Shown: positions 49,854 through 60,396, counted from the first letter of the stretch. The stretch is DNA of 64,000 nucleotides from Promethearchaeota archaeon (GCA_008080735.1 SHMW01000001.1:1-64000); one strand, 5' to 3'. Notes: generated by a model from the letters alone, not told the origin. A program made the numbers and translations.

Positions 49854-50624
49854 TTACCAAGGAACATCTTTCAAACCAAGAATATAAGCAATTGTATTGG
49901 CAATGATGCTTACGGCGGGTGTTAAAATTATTAAAAAGATGAATATATTAAAATCTGGCGCAAGAAATAAATCAGGAAAGAGGAGTGATGGTATAAAACT
50001 CAGAAGTATACTAAATAAGGCAAAATCTAGCTGATCAATAATCCAGAACGGTCGACCACTTTGTATATTGAATCTGCGTTTTAAAAAAGAACCAAAGAGA
50101 TCACCGAATGCCGCACCAAAACTAATCATCACGATCCGTATTCCTAAAATGAGCACACCTAAAGGTAAAGGTCCTCCTGTAAAATAGTATTGATAGGTTG
50201 AAACGTGGGTGTAAAGCTGATATTGATCTATGGAGGAAGCAAATTCTACGATCGGAGCGATAAATGGCCACAAGATTATGAATATAATAAAAATACCCAT
50301 CGATATTGGGATCCCGATAAAGAGAGGCCCCAAAAATAACCCTTTCCAAGTTTTATGGGCCCCAAATAATCTCCTTCCATCAATAAAATTTTTCCCTCCA
50401 TCAATTGGATCTCCACCACCCGTTATAACCATACCCGCATTTGATATATACGCTGGTGCAATAAACAATAGAGCAAAAATAAGCGTGGCGACCCAATCTG
50501 CCCATGAATAGATAAACGAAACTACCAAAAAATCTGCGAGAAAAAAGAGTGCAAATAGAATTGCTAAAGTTTTTGCTATCCTCTTCTCACGAATGTCTGT
50601 ATTAATTTCTGTTTCATCCGTCAA
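49854..50624 (-). CDS. carS: CDP-archaeol synthase
   Basis: PAYISN, PIDGGKNFIDGRRLFGAHKTWKG, GDLFGSFLKRR, DQLDF, LGLKDVPW. Confidence 0.92.
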   Translation of the reverse strand: MTDETEINTDIREKRIAKTLAILFALFFLADFLVVSFIYSWADWVATLIFALLFIAPAYISNAGMVITGGGDPIDGGKNFIDGRRLFGAHKTWKGLFLGPLFIGIPISMGIFIIFIILWPFIAPIVEFASSIDQYQLYTHVSTYQYYFTGGPLPLGVLILGIRIVMISFGAAFGDLFGSFLKRRFNIQSGRPFWIIDQLDFALFSILLSFIPSLLFPDLFLAPDFNIFIFLIILTPAVSIIANTIAYILGLKDVPW

Positions 50625-50733
50625 TGTTAATTTCCTAAAAAAATCGTTAATAATTAATATAAAATACTAAATTTAGAGTAAAATTTAAGGATTTTTGCTA
50701 TTCTTTAAATAACTCTAAACAGAATGAAGAAAT

Positions 50734-51273
50734 CTAAATTGCCATTTGTATCTGATCTAATGAACATTTGATTCTAATAGGACATTCCGCATTCTTTATA
50801 AAAATATACTCACTAAAGAGTTTATTGACTGTATGAATATAACTGCCTTTTTTCCCCACCGCAATCCCTCTATCTTCATAACTGAGAAAAAGGATGGAAA
50901 TCAGAATCTTTTCCACAGATAATCTTCTCTCGTCTGATGATTCAATCCATTCTATTTGGATATCATGAATATAAGTATCTGGAAAAAAACTGAATAACAA
51001 TTTTATCAATTTCTCCTCGTTTCGAATAAATAGAACTTTTGTTGAGTTAAAATCCTTTCGAATTTTATGGATATATTTTGATAAAAAGAAATAATCTTGA
51101 GGATTAAGAAAAAAGAAAACGAATTGATTTAGCACGATAATATTTTCGGGAAAATATCCCCCAGTCTTTTCATAAAAATAATTAAATAATTTTAATTCGC
51201 TATTGGAGTATTTTTTTCTAATATTTACTTCCTTTGAGAATATTAGATCTTCAGCATATTTACTGAGCATCAT
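50734..51273 (-). CDS. Divergent archaeal NusA-like KH-domain protein
   Basis: YFYEKTG...DRGIAVGKKGSYI. Confidence 0.6.
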   Translation of the reverse strand: MMLSKYAEDLIFSKEVNIRKKYSNSELKLFNYFYEKTGGYFPENIIVLNQFVFFFLNPQDYFFLSKYIHKIRKDFNSTKVLFIRNEEKLIKLLFSFFPDTYIHDIQIEWIESSDERRLSVEKILISILFLSYEDRGIAVGKKGSYIHTVNKLFSEYIFIKNAECPIRIKCSLDQIQMAI

Positions 51274-51375
51274 CTAAAAATAGTGATCTAATCTTTTAAA
51301 CCCCAGAGAAAAAATTAATTTTCTTATATGAATTAAAAAATGTATTAATTAAGAAAAATTAATCAATGAACTATA

Positions 51376-51813
51376 ATGAAAGATAGTGGATTTGAGTTTC
51401 TGGAACATACCGCAGACGTGAAGGCGCGAGCATATGGACCCAGTCTTGAAATCGCCTATTCTCAAGCTGCATATGCCCTAATGGCAACTATAACTCCAGA
51501 TCTAAGCAAGATTTCCAAAAAACGTGAAAAAATGTTTACAATAGCGGCTGAAGATGAAGAAGCTCTTCTTTTTGATTTTCTCTCAGAACTTCTTTATATC
51601 TTTGATGTAGATCATCTCGTATTTGGGGACATAACGGTGGAATCCATTGAAGAAAAAGGGCAGGAATATGAACTTAGCACAATTTTAATTGGAGAGGAAT
51701 TTGATAAAAATAAACACGAAATTGGTACTGAGGTTAAAGCTATTACTTATTCCTATATGAAAATTGAAGAAAAAGGAGATCTATGGGAAATTGAAGTGGT
51801 TTTTGATATTTAA
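51376..51813 (+). CDS. Archease
   Basis: FEFLEHTADV, LLFDFLSEL, EVKAITY, VFDI. Confidence 0.95.
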   Translation: MKDSGFEFLEHTADVKARAYGPSLEIAYSQAAYALMATITPDLSKISKKREKMFTIAAEDEEALLFDFLSELLYIFDVDHLVFGDITVESIEEKGQEYELSTILIGEEFDKNKHEIGTEVKAITYSYMKIEEKGDLWEIEVVFDI

Positions 51814-51839
51814 ATTTACTTCTATATAGTTAGGTACTA

Positions 51840-53318
51840 TTAGCCTTTGACGACACCAACAGGATGCATTCTCGCAACTTTCTCTATTAGATTAAGACGC
51901 GATTGAATTTTTACCACTTGATTTATGTCTTTATATGCACCTGGAGCTTCCTCTGCAATAACTTTTTGTGATTTTGCTTTCACAAGAATTCCCTTTTTTT
52001 CTAACCCTTTTTCAATATCCTCTCCCCAATAGGCATTCTTTGCCCGAGATCTTGACATTACCCTCCCCGAACCGTGTGCGGTCGAACCAAATGTGAGATT
52101 CATGGAATCTTTCCTTCCCACACATAAATATGAGGCGGAACCCATGGTTCCTGGAATTAATACGGGTTGTCCTATTGATTTATAGCTTTTAGGCAACACC
52201 GAATGATTCGGAGGGAATGCTCGTGTTGCTCCTTTCCTGTGAATATTGAGTTCCATATTCTTCCCGTCAACTAGGTGTGTTTCCTTTTTAAGAATATTAT
52301 GACATAAATCATAAATTAATTCTAATTCATATTCTTGGCTCTCGTTTCCAAAGACTTCCTTAAAGGATTCTCTAATCCAAAAGGTAATGAGCTGTCTGTT
52401 GCAAAATCCAAAATTTGCCGCACAAGCCATCTCTTTAAAATATTTTTGGGCTTCTTCGGTATTTGCAGGCACGCATGATAATTCTCTATCGGGAATTTTA
52501 ATATTATATCGTTTCATGGCTTTTTCAAATTCACGCACTGATTCTGTGCAAACTTGATGCCCCAAAGCCCTGCTACCGGTATGAATCATTACCATAATTT
52601 GGTCTTTCTGTGTGATCCCCAATTCTTTTGCAATCTTTTTATTGTAGATTTTATCTACTTTCTGCACTTCGAGGAAATGATTTCCACTTCCTAAGCTTCC
52701 TAATTGTCTAATACCTCGCTGTTTTGCACGCTTTGAAACAATATTGTGGTCTGCATCTTCTAATCTGCCGTTTTCCTCACAAAACTCAATATCTTCGTCC
52801 GTTGCAAATTCATGTTCACGTGCCCATTCCACACCCATATCAAGCACCGAATTCAATTGATTATAATCTATCTTCAGCCTCCCTCTTGAGCCCAAACCCG
52901 AAGGAATTCGATTAAATATATAAGTCAATAAAGTGGGAAGCTTACTTTGTATATCTTCATAGCTCATTTCAGTTCTCAATAGTCTCACTCCGCAATTTAT
53001 ATCATACCCTACACCGCCAGGTGAGATCATCCCATCTTCGGAATCTGTCCCGCACACCGCCCCTATACAGAAGCCATACCCTTGATGAGCATCAGAAAGC
53101 GCAATCACATGCTTTTCTACTCCATCTAAACACGCTACATTACTAATCTGTTCTAATGTTCTATCTTCTTGAATTTTTGATAATATTTCCTCATTTGCAT
53201 AGATATGAACAGGAACTTTCATTTTAAAGCTTTCAATCGTCCCTGAAACTCTGGCCATTAGTCTTTTTGGCGGAATTTCATAAATATACTCATCGATTTT
53301 ATTTACATTCATGTTCAT
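51840..53318 (-). CDS. rtcB: RNA-splicing ligase RtcB
   Basis: DAHQGYGF, GVGYDINCGVR, GSGNHF, HTGSR, HN, HRKGATRA, PGTMG, AHGSGR, EEAPGAYK. Confidence 0.96.
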   Translation of the reverse strand: MNMNVNKIDEYIYEIPPKRLMARVSGTIESFKMKVPVHIYANEEILSKIQEDRTLEQISNVACLDGVEKHVIALSDAHQGYGFCIGAVCGTDSEDGMISPGGVGYDINCGVRLLRTEMSYEDIQSKLPTLLTYIFNRIPSGLGSRGRLKIDYNQLNSVLDMGVEWAREHEFATDEDIEFCEENGRLEDADHNIVSKRAKQRGIRQLGSLGSGNHFLEVQKVDKIYNKKIAKELGITQKDQIMVMIHTGSRALGHQVCTESVREFEKAMKRYNIKIPDRELSCVPANTEEAQKYFKEMACAANFGFCNRQLITFWIRESFKEVFGNESQEYELELIYDLCHNILKKETHLVDGKNMELNIHRKGATRAFPPNHSVLPKSYKSIGQPVLIPGTMGSASYLCVGRKDSMNLTFGSTAHGSGRVMSRSRAKNAYWGEDIEKGLEKKGILVKAKSQKVIAEEAPGAYKDINQVVKIQSRLNLIEKVARMHPVGVVKG

Positions 53319-53446
53319 ATCAGTTAAGAAAGGGTTGCTGCTAACAAAAAATTTGGTATTTTCAACTATGGTCTTAAAATGTTTTTTGTAAATCTAAATA
53401 TAAAAAAATATTATACTCCCTTTTTCCTAGGTATGAAATTTATCAA

Positions 53447-54172
53447 TTATTTTATTTCTATGAACTTAAGCAATCCAAGGTTATCTAAATTGTCAATAAT
53501 GACTTGAATTTTTGCTTCTGGAAGCCCAGCATCTTCGGCAATATCCGTAACAGTATGAAATCCGTCCGCAAGATGGGCAATTTCATATTGTTTCTCATTT
53601 AAAAAACCTTGAGTTATTACTTGTTTGGGTAGTCTTTTTGAGGTCCAATCTGGTTTGGTATCTGATACAGTACGTAAATCATCCTCGGAAAGAGTCATAC
53701 CTTTCTTTTGTAAGCGAGATTGAGATTTTTTAAAATCCTTTTTGTAAATTTTTAATATTGGAATGCGAATTGGGATTTCAGCTACTCTGCCGTTTTCTAA
53801 AATTTCATCAACCTGTTCTGCAAAATCACGGAAAATACGTACATCACCGGACCATTTATCAAGAATGTTCCCGAACTGATCAATAAATTTATCGATAATA
53901 TTATTTAATGCCTTATGAGTGATTTTTGCATCATCGTTCTTATCAGCGGCAGCAGTGATTAGCACACCCTCCCGAAATACCAGCATCAAATAAAATACTT
54001 GCATGTCAATTACCTTCAATTCTCCTGAGCCCTTTGAAAATTCTATGCTAAAATCTTTTAACGCGGTTAAAAACCCACTTACCAAGTCTTGATTAAATTC
54101 TATTGAACCGTATTTTCTATGTAATAGACAAATTCCGGTTTTCTGGTCAATAATATATACATTATGTATCAA
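53447..54172 (-). CDS. Longin-domain protein with C-terminal winged helix
   Basis: MIHNVYIIDQKTGICLL...DLVSGFLTALKDFSIE. C-terminal DG..TV.DIA....L...GLL. Confidence 0.75.
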   Translation of the reverse strand: MIHNVYIIDQKTGICLLHRKYGSIEFNQDLVSGFLTALKDFSIEFSKGSGELKVIDMQVFYLMLVFREGVLITAAADKNDDAKITHKALNNIIDKFIDQFGNILDKWSGDVRIFRDFAEQVDEILENGRVAEIPIRIPILKIYKKDFKKSQSRLQKKGMTLSEDDLRTVSDTKPDWTSKRLPKQVITQGFLNEKQYEIAHLADGFHTVTDIAEDAGLPEAKIQVIIDNLDNLGLLKFIEIK

Positions 54173-54344
54173 GATGACACCTCAAAAAATTTTCACTAAC
54201 GTTTTTTTGTTATAGATATCTAATAAAATTCCAATTATTTAAATTTCTTTTCGTTTAATCTCCATAAATAATTCAATAATTTATAGTAAACTGAGTCCGA
54301 TCTTTTGTGTAGCATTTTTATCTATTTAGAATTTTTATATAATT

Positions 54345-54665
54345 ATGAGACAATTCGTATTTTTCGTGACAGTACCTTCTAAAGAAGAGGGAGAAAAGAT
54401 CGCCAAACACCTTGTAGAACAGAAAATTGTTGCGTGCGTGAATATCATACACGATATCCACTCGATTTATCGATGGAAAGGTGAGATCGAAGAGGATAAC
54501 GAATACTTATTGGTGATGAAGACCACTAAAGAGAAAAAATCAAATTTAATCCGAGCCATAGAGAAACTTCATAGTTATGAGACACCAGAATGTATTGGAT
54601 GGAAAATTGATACGGGCTCGAAAACATATTTAAGATGGATAGAAAATTCCACAAGGGGTACGTAA
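54345..54665 (+). CDS. cutA: CutA divalent-cation tolerance protein
   Basis: VACVNI...SIYRWKG...HSYETPE. Confidence 0.92.
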   Translation: MRQFVFFVTVPSKEEGEKIAKHLVEQKIVACVNIIHDIHSIYRWKGEIEEDNEYLLVMKTTKEKKSNLIRAIEKLHSYETPECIGWKIDTGSKTYLRWIENSTRGT

Positions 54666-54686
54666 TATAATATAGAGTGAGATTCT

Positions 54687-55499
54687 ATGAATATATTTCA
54701 TTTAGACTGGGTTGCAATTAGCTCTGTTGTTATTATTCTTCTGCTTATTCTATTGATTTCTGTGAAATTATACAAACACTTTTCCAGATGGCGTGGATAT
54801 ATTTCACATAGCGCTATAGAGACCAAAAATCTCACAAAATTAAAATCAAAATTACCCTCTTTAAGGCGATTTTCTACCATAATTTTCGCCAAAAAGAAGA
54901 ATTGGAAAGGCTTTTTAAAAGCTCAATCAGAATCTTCTCTTTATATCATTATCGGGGATTATTGGTTTCAAAAGCTTCAGAAGATTTTCATCGAATCTCT
55001 CTGCACGTATGGACAGCAAGTGATTTCTTTGACCCTCTTCCCTCGTTTCATTTACAAACTGAAAAGGAAAACAGCAAAATTGAGTTTAAAGGAAACTCTC
55101 TCTACCCTTATGTCATATCTTAATCAAAAGGGATATATGAATTGTGAAAAGTATTCTTTTATAGATACCACGGGAACAGAACTGTACTTCAAGAGTCTTT
55201 TTTGCGATCCAACAGTTTTCGCACTTATATCAATTAACCCAAAAATTACTAAATCTTCCTTATCTATTTTACATAAGATTCTATCTAAGCGCATCCATAA
55301 TAAATGGTATTGTATATTCAGCCATTATTCATATTTATTCCTTAAAAATAGATATCAAAGACGCTTAGAAACTCACCTTCCAGATGGTATCCCGGATAAG
55401 GTTAAGATAGTATCTATTAAGAATGCGAGATATTCATTTCGTAATTACGAAACCATTTTATTGGCAGAAATTATCCATATAGTCAAGGAAAATGTCTGA
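54687..55499 (+). CDS. Membrane-anchored hypothetical protein
   Basis: N-terminal TM helix; co-oriented and overlapping with the next gene. Confidence 0.6.
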   Translation: MNIFHLDWVAISSVVIILLLILLISVKLYKHFSRWRGYISHSAIETKNLTKLKSKLPSLRRFSTIIFAKKKNWKGFLKAQSESSLYIIIGDYWFQKLQKIFIESLCTYGQQVISLTLFPRFIYKLKRKTAKLSLKETLSTLMSYLNQKGYMNCEKYSFIDTTGTELYFKSLFCDPTVFALISINPKITKSSLSILHKILSKRIHNKWYCIFSHYSYLFLKNRYQRRLETHLPDGIPDKVKIVSIKNARYSFRNYETILLAEIIHIVKENV

Positions 55500-56190
55500 A
55501 CGTATCCAGAGAGAATTTTACAGGAAAATAACATATTCGCAAAAACATTGGGCCCTATTGGAAAAAAAAAGAGCGCTAGCACTGGAGGTGTTAGAAATTT
55601 TTAAGACACAAAACCTTTCACCTTACCTTTACGGAAGTACTGCGCGAGGAGATGTCCACAACCATAGCGACATTGATCTCGCCTTCCTGCATCGCGTACC
55701 AGCCTTCAAAATTGAATTTCTCTTGAATCAAAACGGATATAGAAATTATAGGCGAGAAATAATAATGGCAACCCCTGGCGATGCGATAAAATTATATATT
55801 TATTTGAGTGAGTTGACCGCTATTACCCTTCCTCTTACGAAATTAACCAAAACTTCGCTCGAGTTTTATGGTTTCGGAGGAAAAATCGATTATGAGGGAA
55901 TTATAGAGAATGAACGGGTTCCAGGAATTGATAAACGTTTAGTTCTGATTACACCCCAATCGTATGGCCATGAGGAACGTTCTGTTATTAATCGAGAGAA
56001 TATTGCTGCAAAAGAGGTGGGAGTCACTATTGAAACTATTTATGAAAGAGAGAGAGTACTCCTTCGAAGGGAGAAACACGGCAGAACGGGAGTATTTCTC
56101 AAAAGGGAATTATCACCACAAGAAACACCCGAAGGAGTCCTTGAAAACCTAGCAAGAAAAAATCCAATTATTAGAAAAAAAATATATTAA
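55492..56190 (+). CDS. Archaeal nucleotidyltransferase-domain protein
   Basis: YGSTARGDV...SDID, EFYGFGG, RVPGIDKRL, GRTGVF. Confidence 0.85.
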   Translation: MSERIQREFYRKITYSQKHWALLEKKRALALEVLEIFKTQNLSPYLYGSTARGDVHNHSDIDLAFLHRVPAFKIEFLLNQNGYRNYRREIIMATPGDAIKLYIYLSELTAITLPLTKLTKTSLEFYGFGGKIDYEGIIENERVPGIDKRLVLITPQSYGHEERSVINRENIAAKEVGVTIETIYERERVLLRREKHGRTGVFLKRELSPQETPEGVLENLARKNPIIRKKIY

Positions 56191-56191
56191 T

Positions 56192-57343
56192 ATGTCAAAA
56201 GCGAAGATTATTGAAACAAAAGAGTCAAATTATTGTATAAAAGCAAGAGGGATCCCGAAAGGGTGTCAACTATGCCTAAAGGGATTAAAATCTGTTCTAT
56301 TCCTCAATGGACTCTGTCAAAAACCTGAGAAATGCACATGGTATTGTCCACTTTCAGAGGTGAGGCGAAATAAAAATATCACCTTTATAAATGAAATACA
56401 AATTACGGAAGATGATGAAATAATAAAAGAAATATATAAATCGGGGTCACAAGGAATCAGTATCACGGGGGGAGAACCGTTCTTTGCCAATAATACGGAA
56501 AAGACCTTAAAATATATCAAACATATTAAGAATGAGTTCGGAGAAAAGTTTCATATACACCTCTATACAAATGGAATTGGCTTTACAGAAACAATAGCAA
56601 ATAAACTCGCTGATCTGGGTTTAGATGAAATACGATTTCATCCTCCCAAAGAGTCATGGATAAATATTAAAAGAGCACTGAATAAAGGAATAACCGTAGG
56701 CGTTGAAGTCCCCCTCATTCCTAACTCAGAATACCTCGCTCAATTAAAAGAATTGGTACTCTATTTAGATCAAATCAGGGCCGAATTTATAAATTTGAAT
56801 GAATTTGAATATTGTTTCCCAAACAGTCGCTCATTAAAGGAAAAAGGGTATTTGCTTAAAGAAGGCTCGATTGCAACCGTCCAAAGAAGCAGAGAAAAAG
56901 CATATGAATTTATGGAAGAAATAAACTCTAAAGTCTCACTGAAAATGCATTTCTGCTCGATTCGGGCCAAAGATTATTATCAACTAAAAAATCGCTATTA
57001 TCAACGGGCAAAACATATTAAAAAACCCTATGAAGAGATTACTGACGAGGGATTATTAGTATATGGCCAAATTGAGGGTGATAAGGATGAATTGAACGTC
57101 TTGTATGATGAATTAAGATATAGCTCTCAGATCCCATTAAAATACATCCAATTTGCTGAGTACATGATTTTTTTACCTTATTACCTCTTAATTGATGACG
57201 ATTTTTTGGAATTTCTTAATCAATTTAATGTGGAAGGGTATATAGTTGAAGCAATTCCTTTTCGGAGGGATATATACCGCCAAATTACTGAAAAAACCCC
57301 AATTATGGTATTCAAGAAAGAATTATGTGAAGATGAGGATTAG
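56192..57343 (+). CDS. Radical SAM protein
   Basis: PKGCQLC, CQKPEKCTWYCP, ITGGEP, HIHLYT, LDEIRFH, FINLNE. Confidence 0.88.
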   Translation: MSKAKIIETKESNYCIKARGIPKGCQLCLKGLKSVLFLNGLCQKPEKCTWYCPLSEVRRNKNITFINEIQITEDDEIIKEIYKSGSQGISITGGEPFFANNTEKTLKYIKHIKNEFGEKFHIHLYTNGIGFTETIANKLADLGLDEIRFHPPKESWINIKRALNKGITVGVEVPLIPNSEYLAQLKELVLYLDQIRAEFINLNEFEYCFPNSRSLKEKGYLLKEGSIATVQRSREKAYEFMEEINSKVSLKMHFCSIRAKDYYQLKNRYYQRAKHIKKPYEEITDEGLLVYGQIEGDKDELNVLYDELRYSSQIPLKYIQFAEYMIFLPYYLLIDDDFLEFLNQFNVEGYIVEAIPFRRDIYRQITEKTPIMVFKKELCEDED

Positions 57344-57812
57344 AACTGTTAAAAAGAAGGATTTATACAAAATTACCAAGTTAGAAAAGAAAATATTCCA
57401 AGATCAAGCATTTTCCAAAAGCTTAATGAAAGAACTCTTGGATCAGAGCTTACTATTTCATAAAATAGAAATGAAAATATTATTTACAAAATTGATTGGA
57501 TTTATTATTCTGATAAAAGATATGAACGATCGAGCTAATCTTATTAATTTTGCAATTAAACCTAAATATCAAGGAAGAGGTTATGGCACGCTCCTCCTGA
57601 AAAATAGCCTTGACTGGCTTCGGTCAAATCATTCCTTGATAAAAAAAATAATTCTAAATGTGAAAACAGATAATAACAGAGCAATCCGTCTGTATGAAAA
57701 ATTTGAATTTCATATCGTTAAAAAAATAGAAAAATATTATCAGAATAAAGAAGCGGCATATTTAATGGAATTAAATCTAGAGTCCGTAAAGAAATACGAC
57801 TTATCACTATGA
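57333..57812 (+). CDS. RimI/Ard1-like N-acetyltransferase
   Basis: ATG at 57333 overlaps the upstream stop. YQGRGYG, LNVKTDNNRAIRLYEKF, YY..EAAYLM. Confidence 0.85.
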   Translation: MRIRTVKKKDLYKITKLEKKIFQDQAFSKSLMKELLDQSLLFHKIEMKILFTKLIGFIILIKDMNDRANLINFAIKPKYQGRGYGTLLLKNSLDWLRSNHSLIKKIILNVKTDNNRAIRLYEKFEFHIVKKIEKYYQNKEAAYLMELNLESVKKYDLSL

Positions 57813-57973
57813 TTTAAAACTAAAATATGAATGAACTTAGTACATACATTATTGACTTAAGACTGCTCTCCTTTTATTTTCTGATAAACCCAAGAACTTA
57901 TATATAAAAATTTAGTTACTCTTGATAGTAAGAATATAATAAAAGAATAATTAATGTTGCAAGGTGTTGACAT

Positions 57974-58132
57974 ATTCCCCAGTTAGATGATGAATTAAAA
58001 AATGAGATAAAAAAAGGCGTTAAGTTAGAGAAATTAAGCGAAGAAGAAAGGAAGAAAATCGAGGAAGAGCGAAAGAAACGACAAGAAGAACTTCAAAAAG
58101 TAAAAGAAGCCTTAGAAAAAGGTCAAGGCTAA
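57974..58132 (+). CDS. Small WH2/beta-thymosin-like helical protein (52 aa, probable ATT start)
   Basis: (M)PQLDDELKNEIKKGVKLEKLSEEERKKIEEERKKRQEELQKVKEALEKGQG*. TATA-like at ~57898, AAGGTG SD-like motif, U-rich terminator downstream. Confidence 0.6.
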   Translation: MPQLDDELKNEIKKGVKLEKLSEEERKKIEEERKKRQEELQKVKEALEKGQG

Positions 58133-58273
58133 TCAAATCACTTTTTTTGTACTTATATTTTATTTTTCTTTTTTTATTAAATTTAGAAAGTCCATATAAG
58201 GATTAAGAATTAATCTTATCTTTTACCAAATACTCATTAGAGGTAATAGATCAAATCTTATGGAGATAGATTA

Positions 58274-59344
58274 GTGCAGATCCTTGATCAAGATAAGAAA
58301 AAAGGCGAAATCACGGTAAGAGTGCAAGATTTAAATGATTTATGGACGCTCTACAATATCATTTCAAAAGGAGATACAGTTTCATCATTAACGCAAAGGA
58401 GAGTTGTAATGAAAGAAGGGAGCAGTGGAGAGAGAAAAGTAATGCGGCTCACGTTAAAAGTTGAAGATGTCGCGTTTCATGAATTCAGCAATCGTTTGAG
58501 GATAAAAGGCACGATATTGGAAGGACCCGATGATTTTGTAAGTTTTGGCTCCTATCACACTTTCAATTTAGAAATTAACCAAAAAATTACTATTATCAAA
58601 GAGAATTGGATGCGTCAAGACTTAATGAGATTGAAAGAATCGTCAAAATTATCTACGAATTTTGTTATGCTTATTATAGCAATGGAAACGGGATTAGCAA
58701 ATGTGGCGCTTATTACTAATTACAGTCATAATAATATCGCAACGATTACTAAAACTATTCCCGGAAAGCGATATGAACAATCCTTTCGAAAAAAGTTCTT
58801 GCACGATTTTTTTGAGGACGTGCAGCGGGTAATTGAATCGAACACGGAAACCAGAGATATTAACCTTATAATTATCTGCGGTCCGGGGACGGTCAAAGAT
58901 CAGTTTATTCGATGGTTAAAAGAAAACTCAAGTCAAGAGTTTGATAATATGAGAAGTATCCATGCGAGTTCTGGAACCGAAAGCGCGATTTATGAGACGC
59001 TCAAATCACAGGAACTGGCAAAATTAAAAAAAAATATCAAAATTCTACAAGAAACCGAAAAAATTGAACAAGTCTTAACACAACTGGGAAAGGATGCAGA
59101 TTTAATTTCGATTGGCGTAGCAGAGGTGGCAAAGGCAGCGCAAATGGGAGCAGTGGAACAATTACTTGTTGCCGACATTGTCATTCGAGGAGCATCTAAG
59201 GCGAAAAAATTGGAAATAGAAGAAATAATAACCAATGTGGAGCAAACTGGGGGACAAGTGGATATTCTTAATACAAAACACCCGGCAGGAGAACAACTTA
59301 CTGATCTGGGCTCGCTTATTGCGATCTTACGATATAAGTTCTGA
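58274..59344 (+). CDS. pelA: Pelota/Dom34 ribosome rescue factor
   Basis: DLWTLYNII..GD.V, RLRIKGTI, GSYHTFNL, IPGKR, GEQLTDLGSLIAILRY. Confidence 0.93.
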   Translation: MQILDQDKKKGEITVRVQDLNDLWTLYNIISKGDTVSSLTQRRVVMKEGSSGERKVMRLTLKVEDVAFHEFSNRLRIKGTILEGPDDFVSFGSYHTFNLEINQKITIIKENWMRQDLMRLKESSKLSTNFVMLIIAMETGLANVALITNYSHNNIATITKTIPGKRYEQSFRKKFLHDFFEDVQRVIESNTETRDINLIIICGPGTVKDQFIRWLKENSSQEFDNMRSIHASSGTESAIYETLKSQELAKLKKNIKILQETEKIEQVLTQLGKDADLISIGVAEVAKAAQMGAVEQLLVADIVIRGASKAKKLEIEEIITNVEQTGGQVDILNTKHPAGEQLTDLGSLIAILRYKF

Positions 59345-59364
59345 TTTCCTTCAAAGGTTATATA

Positions 59365-60396
59365 ATGGCAGAAAAAATTATTTACCTCAACCAAGATTCT
59401 GGAATCCCACTCTTTGGGTTAGATTTTATTGGAATCATTGATAGAGGAACAAATATCATCGAATTGAAGCCGCTCACATTATGCAATATAAAATGTAGAT
59501 ATTGTTTTGTAAGTGCGGGAGAATTTCGAACTAATTTTATCATTGACCCCACCTATTTTTTAGAGGGTGTTCGAACCCTCATTGACCTTAAAGGTGCTTA
59601 TGATATTGAAATTCATATAGCGCCTTATGGAGAAATCTTTCTCTATAAAGATCTCCTTATGCTCCTGGACTTATTGTGGCAACTCGAAGGTATTACAACC
59701 ATTTCCATTCAAACAAATGGGCTTTTACTTACTCCTTCCCTCATAAAATCCTTGGAATCGGTAAATGTCACACGTCTAAATATCAGTATTAATACTCTCA
59801 ATGAGAAATTGGCTCAATATTTGTCGGGTTGTGAGAACTATGATATTAACTCTCTTATGAAGAATGTCAAATTATTGTTAGAATCAAATATTGATGTTTT
59901 AATTGCCCCTGTGTGGTTTCCTGGTGTGAATGATGAGGATATCGAGGACATAATTTCATTTGTCGTTGAAATGCGCACCATGGGGTATTCTAATCTCGAT
60001 ATCCAACTCGGAATTCAAAAATATTTAATTTATCGAACTGGGAGAAAACTTAAGAAAATCCGACCAAAAACATGGGGCTATTTTTACCAACAACTCGGGA
60101 ATTTAGAAGAGAGGTATGATATAAAACTCAAATTAGGACCTCACGATTTTAATATTCACGATCGCCCGCTCTATTCTATTGATATCAATGAAGGTGAAAT
60201 ACTTCCCGTCACTATTAAAGCCCCGGGACGATGGAAAAATGAATGTATTGGGGTTATAAACGAGTTGTCTGCTGTTAAGGTATTATTAAATAGTCCACTC
60301 GAATATTCGGACACGCTTCTCGGAAAAAATATCAATGTAAAGATTTTAAAATCAACTCAGTATGATAGTATCATCACCACCTATCTCCCATATTGA
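59365..60396 (+). CDS. Radical SAM protein (archaeal)
   Basis: IPLFG..FIGIIDRGTNIIE.KP...CNIKCRYC, QTNG. Confidence 0.88.
   Translation: MAEKIIYLNQDSGIPLFGLDFIGIIDRGTNIIELKPLTLCNIKCRYCFVSAGEFRTNFIIDPTYFLEGVRTLIDLKGAYDIEIHIAPYGEIFLYKDLLMLLDLLWQLEGITTISIQTNGLLLTPSLIKSLESVNVTRLNISINTLNEKLAQYLSGCENYDINSLMKNVKLLLESNIDVLIAPVWFPGVNDEDIEDIISFVVEMRTMGYSNLDIQLGIQKYLIYRTGRKLKKIRPKTWGYFYQQLGNLEERYDIKLKLGPHDFNIHDRPLYSIDINEGEILPVTIKAPGRWKNECIGVINELSAVKVLLNSPLEYSDTLLGKNINVKILKSTQYDSIITTYLPY

Noticed and set aside
57246-57332. Upstream extension of the acetyltransferase ORF
   Set aside because: It overlaps the radical SAM gene; ATG 57333 fits the GNAT N-terminus.
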